A stretch of DNA of 64,000 nt from Rotaria socialis (Eukaryota): positions 1-64,000 of the forward strand of contig CAJNYD010000281.1 of NCBI GenBank assembly GCA_905331295.1, read 5' to 3'. Shown in pieces: positions 1 through 14,559 of the stretch. The notes under the pieces were generated by a model that saw nothing but the letters and a program-made list of their open reading frames with translations, had not been told where the DNA came from and did no database searches. Within the stretch, counting starts at the first letter, position 1. Each line of letters begins with the position of its first letter. Position numbers and translations under genes: made by a program.

Positions 1-250
1 CGATTTACAATTTCAAATATTTCAAAAAGAAAATTTTGAAGAAAATCAAATAAAGATAAATTACTCTGTTATATCAGACGATATAATGGTAATTGATACC
101 AAATTCAATAAAGAATATGGGTGTGTAGAAAGCTACCACGACGCGTTTCGATCCGGCTCAATGGATCTCATCAGGTGGCTTATATCTTCAAATTCGATTT
201 ACAATTTCAAATATTTCAAAACTAATTCAAGATAATTTACTCTGTTGTAG
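1..250 (-). repeat. Tandem pLTR (~195-bp unit) at the 3' end of Athena element 1; truncated by the window edge
   Basis: cgatttacaatttcaaatatttcaaaa at 1 and ~196; ttactctgtt also repeated; contains a hammerhead and TGGGTGTG at ~118-126. Confidence 0.75.
131..180 (-). ncRNA. Type I hammerhead ribozyme (canonical core)
   Basis: Minus strand: AGCCAC-CTGATGA-GATCC(ATTGAGCC)GGATC-GAAA-CGCG-TC-GTGGT. Stems I and II pair, stem III is a minimal palindrome, GUC cleavage triplet. Confidence 0.92.
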
Positions 251-531
251 TTCATATAAAATCTAGAATGGTAAGTGAATGTTGTTGTCTTTTTCTATTT
301 ATTTCTAGAATAAAAAAAAGCGCTTTTAAATGAATTTGTGTAATCAATTGGCCTAAATTTAAGTTTTAAAGATTTTTTTACAGTTTGATCTGAAGGTTTT
401 TCTTTAAAGAGAAGTACATAGAAGGAATTTATGAAAGTCAGATGATAGAAAAAAAAAGTTTTTTGATTCTCTGAATTTAGTGTTTAGTTTTGTGCTTTTC
501 CTAATAATTTAACGATTAATGTTTGTGTAGA

Positions 532-3500
532 TCATATCAGATAATGTTTCGTTTTCAACTTTCGTTTTGTTGTATCTAAAAGGAAATTTATATTGTGTAT
601 AAGAAAATGCCAACTTTATATGAGAAAAATCATACTTGCTAGTTGTGGTGGCTTTAATAGTGACGAATGTGGCCGTTTTTGTATCAGTTCATTACCAATA
701 TTTCGATGGTTTCGATGTCCAACAATGAGACGCATTTTCATAGCTGGTGTACCTTGAAAAAGTTCTGAGTATATCTTATGTATATCACGCTTTAAATTGG
801 ATAGCCGTTTTTCATGTGTATAATGAAGAAAAATGGTATGTGTGTGTTTATTGGGTTTTGATTGTTTTGAAACTATTGTGATGTTTGTTTTTCTTTCTTC
901 TATATTATTGTAATTTATGTCTTTTTCGGTAGTAGCTTTATCAATTCTGTCTTGCGTTTGTCGTTCTTTAACTGATGGTTGAGCTAATAATTTCCTTTTC
1001 ATCGTCAAAAATTGATCTTCATTATTCATAAATGGTATCATTGATATTTGTGATATTGATATAGTGAAGAATTTTCGAAAATTTTTATCAATATACCTAG
1101 ATGGATATCTAAAAGAAAAAGGTATCTTAAAGAAAATTAATGTTTTTTAAACAAAAAGGCTTACCCATTATAGAGTAACATCAATCGTATAGTTCGACGT
1201 TCTTTTTCAAAAATATCCAATGTAGATGAATAACGTACAGCTCGAAGAAGACTTGCTTTAATAATATTGGAAAACACATGACGAGCATGATCAGAAATGA
1301 ATGGTACAACACATGGTTCTGCTGCTGGTTTATGATAGAGAGATGTGAATAAGACACCATTTCTATTTTCGATGAGAAGATCAAGAACTGACACACAACT
1401 ACCAATATTAGCTTCTAATTTAATATTTGGATGAAACTCATTTGCTTTCTCGATGATTCTTTGTATTTTTGGCTTTGGTCCATTGAAAGTAAAGAAGATA
1501 TCATCAATATATCTAGAATGATGAAAGAAAGAAAGAAAAAATAATCAAAATCATTGAATAGAACAAGAAAATAAATAAAGATTAACATACCGGCCATATA
1601 TTTCATGAGATTCCAATGCACTGCAGATGGCATTTTTTTCCCATTTCCACATGAAAATATTGGCTAACGTTAAAGTAAACGGTGATCCCATAGCACCACC
1701 AATAATTTGTCGATAGAATTTATTACCATCGACAAATGCAGTTTCTTTGAGAACAAGATGAGCTAACTGACGAATAACTCCAATTGAAATACCTTGTATT
1801 TGTTCATAATTATGTTCACGAAGAAATTCTTCAAGAATATCAAGTGATTCGTCTTGTGGTAACATTGTATATAAGTTCGTAATATCAGCTGTACAAAATA
1901 GAGTCGTTGGTTTCAAATGACCATCATGAACATATTGTTCTAGTTGACGAAGAAGATGACCACCATCAATGATTGGTCTTGGTTGAGCATGCATATCAAA
2001 CAAAGGTCGAATAGATTGATCTAAAAATCGAGATATACCAGTAGTAGCAGCATGAATTGTATTCATAATAGGTCGAAGTGTGATTGGATTCTAATTAGAA
2101 GAAGATGAAATCAAATAAGAATTACATTAGAAAAAATGAGTAAAAATGAATAAGCAATATTACCTTATGTGTTTTAGGATTGTAATACATATAGGCCAAT
2201 TCAACAGTCAATCGGTTCGGTATCATTTTTTTGTATTGCTGAAGTGAAAGTTGCTTGGTTTTAACATGAAGATCGTTTAATAAACGAGTAACTTTACTTA
2301 AAATATCTTCAATAGGACTCGATGATAATTCTTCGTAGGCACCTGTTTTCTTTCGATATTCCGCTGATTTTTCGTCAAATTCGTTTATATGACCTACATA
2401 CAAATTACCACCTTTATCTGTTTCTCGAAGAAGTAGTTGATTTTTCTTAAGTTTACGTCGAATAGACTTCATCGTCTTTAAATCACGTTGAGCACAAACA
2501 TGTTCAATAAATGGAAGTGGATTCATATAGTGAAACATGAGACAAGCAAGAAGACGTTCAGAGAATTGTTTAAAAATGATTGATTTAGCATGTATATGAC
2601 ATTTTTGTGAAAGTTGTAATTTCGTTCGATTTACCATAATTTCATGTTGCTGTTGAATTATTTTTGTTCGTTCTTTATATGAACGAAGAGCAGTACGATT
2701 AGGTCGAATATAATTTCCATCTAAAATAGACAAAAGAAAGAAATCCATTCAAATTCTTTTCGAATTATATACGTATATCGTACTTCGCGAAAGATATTCA
2801 TGTTCAATCATAGCCAAAGAGTGATCATTCACATTGAATATTACTTCTGGAGATACACCAATTGTTTCCTTTACTTTTTTACAACGTTGACGATGTCGAG
2901 TCAATTTTCCATGAAAAGTATTCATTTGTTCGAATATATCTTTCTTCATTTGCATAGTTCGATGTTTTATATAAGCTTGAACAGTACGAAATAAAACACG
3001 TACATCATGTTGATGAGTTGAAATGTCGTATTCTAATTGTTTTAATTCTTCTTGATATTGTCGATTACATTCTTTCATTTTAACTTCATAAGATTCCATG
3101 ATTATGTTGAGACACGTTCGTTTCATTTCTTGTAAGATTTTTGAACGTTTTAATTTATAATTGAATGAATGATGATCGTCAAGAGTTGGTGTATAGAAAT
3201 CTGAACCAATCAAAGGATCAAATCGATCAAATGTTACAGGTAATAGTTTTGATAGAATTCGTTCTTCGAACATTAACAATTCTTTTCGTATTTGTAATTC
3301 TGTTTCTCGTATATGTATAATACGATGGATTGCTTCTTTTTGATCACTTGTCAGATTATTGCCAAATAAAATATGATGAAGTCTCTTTTCATGTATTGTA
3401 TCTTTGAATTGTTTTAATTGATGATGAATTTTACGAATGAATCGTTTTTGTTGTGAACAAATGTATTCTTTTAAATATTGATCGAGAAGTGTCATATTCA

Positions 3501-4425
3501 AAGTTTCAGGACATGTTAATACTTGTAAATGTAAGTTGGTACTACATTGTTCTAGTTGATTTTGTATATGAGTCAAATATTCTTGTACGAATTGTTGACA
3601 TAACTGAGGATCATGAGTTTTTGCAATTTTATAGAAATCATCCTTTGAATAAAAGAAAAGAAAAGAAAACAGAAACGAAACAAAACATGACACAACTTAT
3701 TCATAATCTAATCAAAGATATACACTTACTGGCCATTGTTGTTGTTCACAGCCAAGATCAAAATAAGAATGCCAAAGAGATTCATGTATATTCAAACAAT
3801 ATTGTAAATCTAATAGTTTCAATCGTGAATAAATAAATCTATGTTCTAATTTGGTCTTAAGTGGTTGATCGAGCTGTCGGCCAAGTGCTTGAATCAATAG
3901 TCTTGGTAATCGTTTCAAATAGGATGCTACTCGATACACTTTATCGGAGTTTGGTATTGTTGTTCGTATTATATTTTGTTTTTTCTTTACTTTTTTTGAA
4001 ATTGGTTGTGATATTGAAATTTGACTAAGTGATCGAACGGGTTCTCTTTTTCTTTTGTTGGAAATGTTCGACTCCTTGTTAACATGCTGCTTCAATGTCT
4101 AGCATAAATATATACGTCATGTAGGAGGTCATCATACAAATTAAAGTTAGTAAGGTCTTACTATGATAGTTTTAGGACGATTGTCTATTGAATCATTGTT
4201 ATTAACCATTGATTTCGTTTGATTTGTACGAGAATCAACAAATTTTTGTTTGATTTTCTTTTCAATGTTATGTAGTTTCATTCCTCGAGCACGACATTTC
4301 TTACGAAAACGTTGTACTTTTCGATTTCCATGACATTTTTTACGTCGTCTCTTGTTCTCTACGATATGATCTGATGAGTTATTTTCATTAATCGTCGTCA
4401 ACATTCGATCAGAGTCCGTATCCAT
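532..4425 (-). CDS. Athena-type reverse transcriptase with N-terminal basic/coiled-coil region, 8 exons, ~1137 aa, no endonuclease
   Basis: Exons 4425-4162, 4098-3730, 3642-2784, 2720-2164, 2090-1591, 1512-1165, 1108-636, 575-532 join in frame via GT-AG introns. Motifs: KRRRKKCHGNRK, ETDKGG, YYNPKTHK, LRPI, ADITNLYT, GGAMGSPFT, YGR|YIDD, YHKP, NG|YP. Confidence 0.9.
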
Positions 4426-4605
4426 GAGGATAGTTAATCCGTTTTTATCTATATCTAAAATATAGAAGATAATCTCAAATGAAAATTATAATAGAACAAA
4501 GATATAAGAAGAAGAAAACAAAAAAGTCTAATAAAATGATCCCATCGATCATCGAACAAAGTAACATTTCATTTTCAATAATATTAGATGAAAGATTCGC
4601 TATTG

Positions 4606-5929
4606 TTATAGAACATTTCCATTAAGTTGACTTAATTGAGCTTTGCATTTGTAGATATATTCGAGACGTGTATCAATATTAACTAAACGTTGTTCCATTA
4701 AATGTATCATCGTTGAAGTTAAACGTTGATCAATAGGAAGTAGTTTTTCCTTTTGCCATATTTCATTCATTTCCATATTGTATTGTTTTTGATAGTGATG
4801 CATTTGTCGTTCGGCTGTATCTCTTGCTAATATCATTATACTGACTTTAGCTTGTTCGACAACTTCGACATAGTGTTTGAATAATTTCGTTCGTATCGTT
4901 TCATCTTGAATACTATCAATGATTGAGGATTTTTCGGTGAGTTGATTTCTAATAGAATTCGAAGTAACATGTTCAGGAATCGATTGTTTCATTAAATTAA
5001 AATGATATTTCGTGATAGATTCTTCATATTTCAATTTACAGAGACGTTTGAAAATACGTATCTAAATTAAAATAAAAAAAAATGAATATCTATAATGAAA
5101 TATATTTATCTATGATGATGAGGAGGAGGATATGCTTACCTGGTATTCATTGGGATTCTCAATTAAATATTGACGTTTAAGTAGTCCATCAATGTAATGA
5201 TAGTGAACGAGTGCTATTTCACAATCATATTCGATACGTTGATACATGAACCCTTGTTGTACAAGATTTTGAATGGTTAATTCCATTGCCGATGTATAGT
5301 CTATGATATGAGTTGTTCGATATCGTAATTTATTTCTGTAGACTTCATATTGATCATTTAATTTCGTTCGACAATGATCAACAAATAGTTGACATTTTTC
5401 ATCTACACTCATGTTGACATTTACGATAGTGTTAATTCGAGAACGAATTGCACATGGCCAAATTTTCACAGAAATTTCCTTCGTTAATCTTGGCTGTTGA
5501 AGTTCACCAATGCCTGATTTTCTATATGTTGTCCAAAGAGTTTGTAGCTTTTCGAGTAATAAAATTCTATACATGAGAATAGCAACATGTCTTAATTCTT
5601 CCAAATGATTTTGACTGATTTTTGGTCGTATAGCATGAATCTTATGTTTAAATGTTTCATTTGAAGTAGACAAATACGTCGGAACTTGATTGATATCGAT
5701 TCCAATTAATTGTTTAAGCTTGAGTTCTGTATAAGAAATAATCTTTCTTGGTTTCGATGTTTTTTTCTTCGTTGGATGTTTCAATGAACAGGATAATTGA
5801 CTAAATCGTTGTGATAAATCAACTACATCGGATATCGACTAAAATAGAAAATGATAAGTTGATATATTTTTTTGTGATAAAAACAAAATAACTTCTTTCT
5901 ACTTGCGAATGTTGCATTGCTTCAGACAT
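4606..5929 (-). CDS. Terminon coiled-coil (CC) protein, 3 exons
   Basis: Exons 5929-5903, 5838-5140, 5061-4606 in frame; LSQRFSQLS, VPTYL and KIWP motifs and the NEYQ| intron shared with the gene at 31314-32765. Confidence 0.8.
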
Positions 5930-6061
5930 GGTTACAATATTCTATGGAGAATGCTTATCTATGGTAATAATTTGACAATCATTGCATCTTTCATTATGAG
6001 GGTGTAAGAATTAAATGTTAAAATTGTTTAATTGTTATTTATGTCACCTGTATCAAATAAA

Positions 6062-6083
6062 AGGGTGTGGGTGTGAGGGTGTG
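6062..6083 (+). repeat. Telomeric-type repeats (TGTGGG/TGAGGG) at an element junction
   Basis: AGGGTGTGGGTGTGAGGGTGTG directly abutting a pLTR; TGAGGGTGT also at ~5997. Confidence 0.8.
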
Positions 6084-6320
6084 TTGAATAACCACGATAA
6101 ATTGTTATTTTGTTTGATTTATTTATTTCAATTCTAAAAATTAGAATCATTATCAAGTGGCATAGATATTTATTCTGATCTTAAATAAATAAAATCATTA
6201 AAATAAAATATCCACCAGAAATTTCCAAATTAGTTTTGAAAATTTCATTACACTATGTTAGTGTGTTGAATAACCACGATAAATTGTTATTTTGTTTGAT
6301 TTATTTATTTCAATTCTATT
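6084..6320 (-). repeat. pLTR (one full and one partial copy, ~182-bp period), same family as 20.6-21.0 kb and 22.6-22.8 kb
   Basis: gtgtgttgaataaccacgataaattgttattttgtttgatttatttatttcaattcta at ~6079 and ~6261. Confidence 0.8.
6091..6161 (-). ncRNA. Variant hammerhead ribozyme (U3-A8 core, extended stem III)
   Basis: GCCAC-TTGATAA-T-GATTCTAA(TTT)TTAGAATT-GAAA-TAAAT...ATTTA-TC-GTGGT. Confidence 0.7.
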
Positions 6321-8184
6321 GATTTTCTGAAAGATACCTGGTCGAATTTTTTAAAGTTCTTTATGTGGTTTTCATAATCTCGATGAAAATCTCAAGAAAA
6401 GGTTAAGGCTTGGTTGAATTTTTATTCGCTTTTGTTGTTTATAGATTATGTTGTAGCGCGACCTCTTTCAGTATACATGTTGTGCTCAATCTTAATGGCT
6501 GATCTGTGATGAGTCAGAAATGGCGAAAAAGAAAAAGTAGAAAGTCTTATTTTATTGTTAGTAAATGAAATTCTTTCAATCTACGTTTTTTGTCGTTACA
6601 ATGTGAGGAAAATAGATGACTATGAAAGAGAAAATTTTTATGAATTGAACGAAATTTATTGGAATATTTTTTTATATACACGAAATAAATAATTTATATA
6701 TAGAGATCAATTAATGTAAAAATAAAGAATTTAGAAACGAAGCTTAATTTTGATCAATGATTCGAGCGATTTTAGAAAAGGAGTGATGATCTATTTGTTG
6801 TTTATTCAAATACTCAGTTAGAATTATTTTCAGATACTCGATGAAGCTCGATATATTATTCGAAGAAAATAAATAGAATTTAACATACCTGTTATTTATT
6901 GTAAAAGAAGTGGTCTTGGATGAAGATGGTAAGAGGAGAGACAGAAAAGTAAAGATATACTTTTCGATGTTTAGGAAATGATATATATTTGCTCGTGAAG
7001 GTCCGTCTTTTATAGTCTCGTCCGGAGAGTGAATTTAGAAAAATAGAAAATAATAGAAATTATTATTTTCGTTCGGTAGATGAACGAAATTGAGCATTTT
7101 ATTGGACGAAAAATGAATTTACTAGAGAAAAAAATCCGAAAAATTCAAGAGAGTGATTCAGAGAAAATAGGAAAAAAATAGATAATGGCTAGCGTGATAT
7201 TGATCGACTCATCAATTAAGATGAATGGTTAAGCAAATGAGATATCAGTGATTTTGACATGTTCAAACATTATCGAATTCCTTGTGTTTGTTCATAATAA
7301 TGGATACGATCTGATTAATTTCGGATATGTTAATGAATGCATTCTATAGTTCAATGCTTTTAAAATCAAGACAGCTATAAATTCAAAAGAAAGAACTTTA
7401 AGAATAAGTCACGAACTTAAATACCTTTTTATATTTTTATGTTTCATTTTATGGAATTTAATATATTTCATTTTTTAATAAATAAAGATCACCATTAAAA
7501 TAAATGACGAAAGAATAAGAAGAATAATTTGAACTTTCTCAACATTTTTCTTATAAAGAAATATTTTTTTTACAAGTACAGTTGGATGAAATATCTTTGA
7601 AAATAAGAGTAATTCTTCAACGTTTTCCAAAAAGAAATTATTTTCAAATAGAGAGGAACAAATATTTATTTTATTAATTTAAAATCCATCATTCAGATTA
7701 TAATTTTTCTAGAAGAACAGCGACTTTCAATTGAATTTTCCGTATGTTATATCCGTATAATTTATTGTTCAATTATTCAAACTTGAATCTTAAATATTTA
7801 TTCAGATATTCAAGAGAAAAACAACATAAGAATTATCTATTTTTTTCGGGAATAAATAATATTGAACTGATGCTAAGCAACATTCATATTAGGCTTGATT
7901 TTCTTTTATATTCATTTTGAAATCATATATTCATTGAAAGAACCATGTCAACAATGTAAAATAATTATTCATCAAAGAGTCATTTTAATAATGAAGAGTG
8001 AATATTTTTTTTTAATTATGTTTCTTATTTATCATGTTTGAAATTGATCAACAAAATTTCACGTCAATAAAGAACATGGAAAAACAAAGACGGTAAAGGT
8101 CAACGAAAAAATCAATAGATAAGATAGAAGACATGGATGAGTGCTATCTAAACGCTATCCTCTTGGTGACGACGATAATGACCG

Positions 8185-8320
8185 CGGACTAACATTTATA
8201 TAGATATATATACAGGAACGGATAAAAGACGAGAGGTCATCCTCCTTATATGACGGACTAACATATATATAGATATATATACAGGAACGGATAAAAGACG
8301 AGAGGTCATCCTTCTTATAT
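8185..8320. repeat. 69-bp tandem duplication (2 copies)
   Basis: cggactaacat...acaggaacggataaaagacgagaggtcatcct..ttatat at 8185 and 8254. Confidence 0.85.
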
Positions 8321-8799
8321 ATAAGTCTATATATTAAAGGTGATGTATAACAAGGAAACAAAATTATCATGTGAAGAAACGCGACAAGTCAAGATCTACC
8401 ATTCATACCAGACAAATATATTGTCCCAAGGAAAAACAAATTAACAAAAATAACGTAATTATAATGGTAACGTTCAACAATATACTCTACATAATTCAAG
8501 CAATATTAAATGACTCATTTTGACCAAACAGTCATGCATTTGTCGACTTGAATAACATTTATTTAGAAATGTAAAACAATTTAAAAAAATACTTTCAATA
8601 TGAAAACCTCATATAATCATATAAATTATTCATCACAAGAAAGAATTAACTAGTATATCAATGAAAAAATTACATTAATAACAAACCGAAATTCGAAAAT
8701 GATATAAATCGATTCATTCGAATCAATTACATCACTTCGAGTAAACAAGATAAATTCAATAAATTCATATTCACCATCAAAATTTGATTTAAAAAATAC

Positions 8800-11700
8800 T
8801 TAATCAAGAAGCTGAAACAGTACCTAAGGTGTTTTGACATACGAAAAACTAATACTTATCTATTTCAACTACAGTCCAGCTAAGAAGTATTAAAAATCGA
8901 AAATTATTTTAGATCACTTCTAGATATCAAATGGATCTCAACGGATCTAAATTCAGCATAAAAAATTGATCTAGGATGACCACCTTCGAAAATAAGAAAA
9001 CGTTTCTGAAAGGTTTTCAAATTTGAAAAACTAATTTTTTGCAAACTCACATGTAATGTAACAAAAAGTATTAAAAATCGCCAATATTTTTAGATCACTT
9101 CTAGATATCGGAATCAGCTCAACGGATCTAAATTCAGCATATAAAACTGGTATAGGATGATCTCCTTCAAAGGTATGAAGTGATACCTGAAGGTTTTTTA
9201 AATTCGAAAAACTGATTTTTCGGAAACTGATATGTGCTATACCAAAAAGTATTAAAAATCGTCAATATTTTTAGATTACTTCTAGATATCGAAATGATCT
9301 CAACGGATCTAAATTCAGCACATAAAACTGGTATAGGATGACCACCTTCAACAGTATAAAGTAGTTCCTGAAGGTATTTCAAATCCGAAAAACTGATTTT
9401 TGTATACCGACCTGCATTGGAATGAAAATTATTAAAAATTGCGAATCTTTTTCGATCGCTTCTAGATCTGGAAACGATCTCAACGGATCTAAAATCAGCA
9501 TAAAAAACTGGTATAGGATGATCACCTTCGAAAATATAGAAGAGTTTCTGAAGGTATTTTAAATTCAGAAAAGTGGGTTCCAGTAAATCTTGCTGTAGCA
9601 TGCCAACTAAATAATAAATTTGCAATTTAAATTAGGATCGCTTCTAGATACCGAGATGATCTCAATGGAACTAAATTCAGCATTAAAAAGTGATATAGGA
9701 TGACCACCTTCGAAAACAAGAAATAGTTCCTAAAGGTATTCCAAATCCGAAAAACTAATTTGCTGCATAGTCACATTGTTGCACCACAAAGTATTAAATA
9801 TTGCGAAAATTTTCTAGATTACTTCTAGATATGGAAATGATCTCAACGGATCTAAATTCATTATGTAAAACATGTATACAATGACCACCTTCGAAAATAA
9901 GAAATACTTCCTGAAGGGTTTTAAAATCCGAAAAACTAGATTTTTGTATACTCACATGTGTCGGACCAAAAAGTATTAAAAATGGCGAATGTTTCTAGAT
10001 CGCTTCTAGATATTGAAAAGATCTCAACGGATACTAACTCTCCATCAAAAATTGATACAAGATGATGACATTCAAGTATCAGAAATAGTCCCGGAAGGGA
10101 TTTTAAATCCGAAAAACTGATTTCTAGCAATTGCTGCTGTAGCATAACAACAAAATATTAAGTTAGGATTTCAAATTAGGATTGCTTCTACTTATAGAAA
10201 CGATCTCAATGGATTATAACTGAGTATAGAACGTTGATATTAAATATAGGGTCTTGATCAACTGAGAGGATTCTCATAGGGTTTTTGACAATATAAAGTG
10301 TTTGACAAGAACTACATTATACTAGTTAATATCATATTATTTCTCACACGAAAATGTGAACGGTAAGAGATATCAGAATGATCTCAACTGATCCTGATTC
10401 ACCATCAAAAACTGGTATACAATATATCAATTTCAGCATCTGAAAAGGTTTCCAACAGGTTTTCCATAGGAACAAAACTTGCTAAAATTTGCTTCAATAG
10501 AAAAAATGTCATTTTCAAATTCTAATTTCCAAAAGACAACGGTTCAAGATTTCGAAGAGATCTCAATTGTTTCTGATTTAGAATCAAAAATCGATATAAA
10601 ATACAGTGTTTCGATGATATGGAAAGGTTCTCAAAGAGGTTTCCTAAAACCTAAAATAGTTGCTATGAATTACATTATTCAGGAATATATCATATAATAT
10701 TGGGCACTAAAATATGAACGGTTTTAGATATCAAAATGCTCTCAACGGATCTTAATTCAGCATCCAAAACTTTTATAGGATATACTCTTCTACTGTAGTT
10801 AGAAGGTTTTCAAAGCGTTTTCAAAAATCTAAAATCATTTAAAAGGAGATTCCACAGCAAAAAGTCGGCTATTTATTTTCGGGCTCTAATACTTGAATGG
10901 TATGAGATATTAAAATGATCTCAACTGATTCTAACTCAGCATCGAAAATTGATATATAATATATACTTTCGAATATCCAAAGAGGGTCTCTTATGGTTTT
11001 TGGAAATCTTTAATTTTGATTTTTATTGCTGCATAACGAATTTAATGATTTTCAATATCTGGGTTCAAAAAATGAACGGTTCTAGATATCGTAATAATCT
11101 CAACGGATTAAGATTCAACATTTAAAACTCATGTAAGATATTGTATTTCGAGTCTATGAAAGGGTCTCTAGAGGGATTTTGAAAATCCAAAAAGATTCCT
11201 AAACTACACTCAATGAAAAATAAAATCACTTTCAAATTCTACATTCCAAATGAGAACGGTATGAGATATTAAAATTATCTCAACGAATCCTATTTCAACA
11301 TCAAAAACTGATCTATAATGATCACCTTCCAGATATCGGATCAATATTCTAAGATTTTTGAAAGTCTTAAATTATAAAAACAATACTTAATAACAAATTT
11401 TTATATTGAAACTTCTTGGTATAAGATGAGAACGATCTGACATATTGAAATGGTTTACATATATTCTAACTCAGCGTAAAAAGTTGATATAAGAAGAATT
11501 ACTTCAACTATCGGAAAAAGTTCTTAAAGGTTTTTTGAAAATCTAAAATATTCCTAAAATTCTTATATAAAGCAAAGACTATCAGTTTACAATTCTGAGT
11601 ATAAGTTGAGAACGGTACATGATATCAAAATGATTTCAACATATTCTGATTCACCGTTGAAAACTCATATTGGAAGAATAGATTCGAGATTTACCAAAGG

Positions 11701-13150
11701 TTGTCCAGAGGTTTTTGAAAATCTAAAATATTTGTCAAATATTGATTCATTAAAGAAAATGTTATTTTCGACATCTATATACAAAATGAGAACGATACAA
11801 GATATCGAAATGATTTTAACATATTCTAACTCAGCGTCAAAAACTCATATAGGAAGACTTGCTTCAACCACTAGAAAAGGTTTCCAAAGGATTTCTGAAA
11901 ATCTAAAATATTCTACAAATCTTCAATAAAAGCAAAGAATATCATTTTTAATATTCTCAGTTTATATTCTGAACGGTACATCATAACAAAATGATCTCAA
12001 AGGATTCTAACTCAGCATCTAAAACTGATATAGAAAGAATAGCTTTGAGTTTGACCAAAGGTTCTTTGAGGGTTTTTGAAAAACTAAAATATTCATAAAA
12101 TTCTCATTTAACACTAACAATATTATTTTCAAATTTTCCACATAAAATCTGAACGGTACATGATACTAAAATGATTTTAACACATTCTAACTCGTCATTG
12201 AAAACTCATATAGGAAGAACTGGTTCCAGTACAAGAAAAGGTTCTCAAAGGTTTTTGAAAAACTAAAATATTCCTAAATTCTCATTTAAAGCAAAAACGT
12301 CGATTTAATATTCTTAGTATAGGATGAGAACGGTATAACATATCGAAATGATCTCAACTAATCCTGATTCAGTACCTCAAATTGATCTAAAAAGAACTCT
12401 TTCGACTATCTGGAGAGGTTTTATAGGGGTTTTCGAAAATCTAAAATATTCCTCAAATATCGATTCATACTGGAAAATGTCCTTTTCAATATACACGTTG
12501 TGAAATCAGAACGATACAAGATTTCGAAATGATCTCAATGGATTCTGATCCAATGTCGAAAGGCGATAAATAATGCTCACTTTAAAGGTTCTGAAAGGGT
12601 TTTTAGTTGGTTTCTGAAAAACTAAAATTTTGCTCTATGTTGGTCTATGGAGAGAAATTTATGTTTCATGTTAGTGAGAATAAAGTTAGAACCATGTAAG
12701 ATATTGAAATAATTTAAGTGGCTCTACTTTCACCATCAAATTCTCGTATAAGATATACATTTTCCATGATCTAAACAGATTTCGGAGGGGTTTTCTCAAC
12801 TTAAAATTCTACTAGAGGTTACTTTTCAATGAGAATTTCTTTTTTCGATTTTTGAAGCTAAATAGAGAATAGTTCAAGATATTGGAATGATCTCAACGCT
12901 TAAAGGTTCAAAACTGAAAACTGTTATGAATAGATCATTTTCCAGGTTCTTAATATGCTTAAGAATGGTTTTTGAAAATCTGAAATTTTGATTGAAATGA
13001 ATATGACAAAAAATCAAAATGATTCATGTTATAGATTTTATCTCAATGGATTCTGATTCATCGTCGAAAATTTATATCGTGTGACCCGTTTTAAAGATCT
13101 AAAGATATTTCCTAAGAGTTTTTGAAAAACTAAAATTTTAACAAAAACAC
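8800..13150. repeat. Diverged tandem array of ~180-bp units (~24 copies)
   Basis: Motif atgatctcaacggatct(a/g)attcagcat..aaaactg.tata..a and ggttttt gaaaatctaaaat recur at ~8935, 9116, 9297, 9477, 9659, 9840, 10021, 10203, 10381 ... 12890. Confidence 0.9.
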
Positions 13151-14559
13151 TTATATGGAGAAAATCACGTTTTTATTTTCCATATATGTCATACTTAAAA
13201 CTTGAATTCAATTGAAGCTTCAAGTTTCATCGAATCTTAATCTCACTCAATGCGATTTTAGCCACGTTATATCTCAAGAAGCATTCATTCGATAGAATCA
13301 AAATTGTTCATGGATCTATAATCCCTTACGATCTACCTAATTAAGAAATATCAACTCGAAAGATTGAATTCTTGACCATCTATTGATCATCACGACAAAA
13401 GAAAACAATCACTTTTTCTCTTAATTCAGTCATGATACTTTAGGGAAAAGTCAATTCTTTTTAAAACCTCGACTTTAATGGATGATATTCCAGATTAGGA
13501 ACACTTGCGTTTTATATTCCTACATTCAGTTCCACTGAAACTATCACAAAGATGTCTGTAGCAACTACTTCTTAATGACAAAGCTCACACTTTGAGCCAG
13601 TCTTTTATATAAATTTCTATCCACAGGATCACCCCGAATGTTGGTACCGAGAAAGAACAAAACCCTCGTCTACACACGCACACACACAACACATCTCATA
13701 TGTGGGTGCCAAAAAGGAACGAAACTCTCGTCTATACCTACACATCTGTGATTCTTGATTGAACACGTATCGCGCCACTGATTTCGTATTTGCTTGAGGA
13801 ACTTGTCAGATTGTTGTCTCATGCAAAGAAGTATTCTTTTACTGAGACATTCGTGCAGAAGAATGCTTTTTACTAAAAAAGATGTGTCGACATGCATAGA
13901 AATGTTAAGTAGACGACCTGGTAGAGATCTGTTGAATGACTGGATCAGTTGAGATCTATATGCCTCGGGACTAATTCAACTTATTTTGATCCGATGGATT
14001 CCCATCGATCTGTTTTGAGAGTCTAAAATAAGTAAGGCCATCAATGATAGGTTCTCCGAGAGAACTTTTACGTTTTTAGGCTTTTCAATAATTAGCGTGA
14101 GTTATCGAAGATTCTGAAATTCGAATTAATAGAGCTCTTCTGGTCATAAGAAGAACAGAAAGAGAAATCTTTGAAAATATTGCTCGAATAGTTGCTTTCG
14201 TCATCATTTGAAGGTATGTTTGTATGTGAAGTTGTGATTTCACAGTAGAGAAAATTGAAAAATGTTTATCATCAATAAAGTGACGAATGAAAATGGCTTT
14301 TTCTTTTATGTGCATGTGGTTAGACGATTTCTGCCCTCCAGTATAGCTTCTAGAGCTCATTAGGTCTACTTTTATCTATAGAAGTATTTAAAATTCTTAT
14401 GAACGGTAGTGAAAGCATCGTTATTTATTCATGTATATTTTGTATCTCGAGTCTCAATTATTTTATTACACATGAAAATTACATGAATTAACAAAAACAA
14501 AGAAGTAATTTGAAATAGAACTAATAGCATGTTAGTACCTACAATAAGCATCAGATTTT

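Larger units (their letters stand above)
120..5995 (-). mobile_element. Athena/terminon-type Penelope-like retroelement 1 (coiled-coil gene + RT gene), probably 5'-truncated
   Basis: Co-oriented intron-containing CC and RT genes, 3' pLTR with hammerhead, no endonuclease fused to the RT; telomeric-like repeats and another pLTR follow at 5997-6083. Confidence 0.85.

Noticed and set aside
532..4425. Telomerase, group II intron, retron or LINE RT
   Set aside because: Motifs (DKG, PKxHK, GGAMGS, YIDD, YHKP, NGYP), spliceosomal introns and hammerhead pLTRs fit Penelope-like Athena RT; no TERT-specific, maturase or APE/RLE domains seen.
616..4425. The fragmented ORFs as separate genes or a pseudogene
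   Set aside because: All fragments join in frame through canonical GT-AG introns.
8800..13150. CRISPR-like array, or coding ORFs within the ~180-bp repeats
   Set aside because: Whole units are homologous rather than unique spacers, there are no cas genes, the context is eukaryotic, and ORFs on both strands are short and stop-interrupted.
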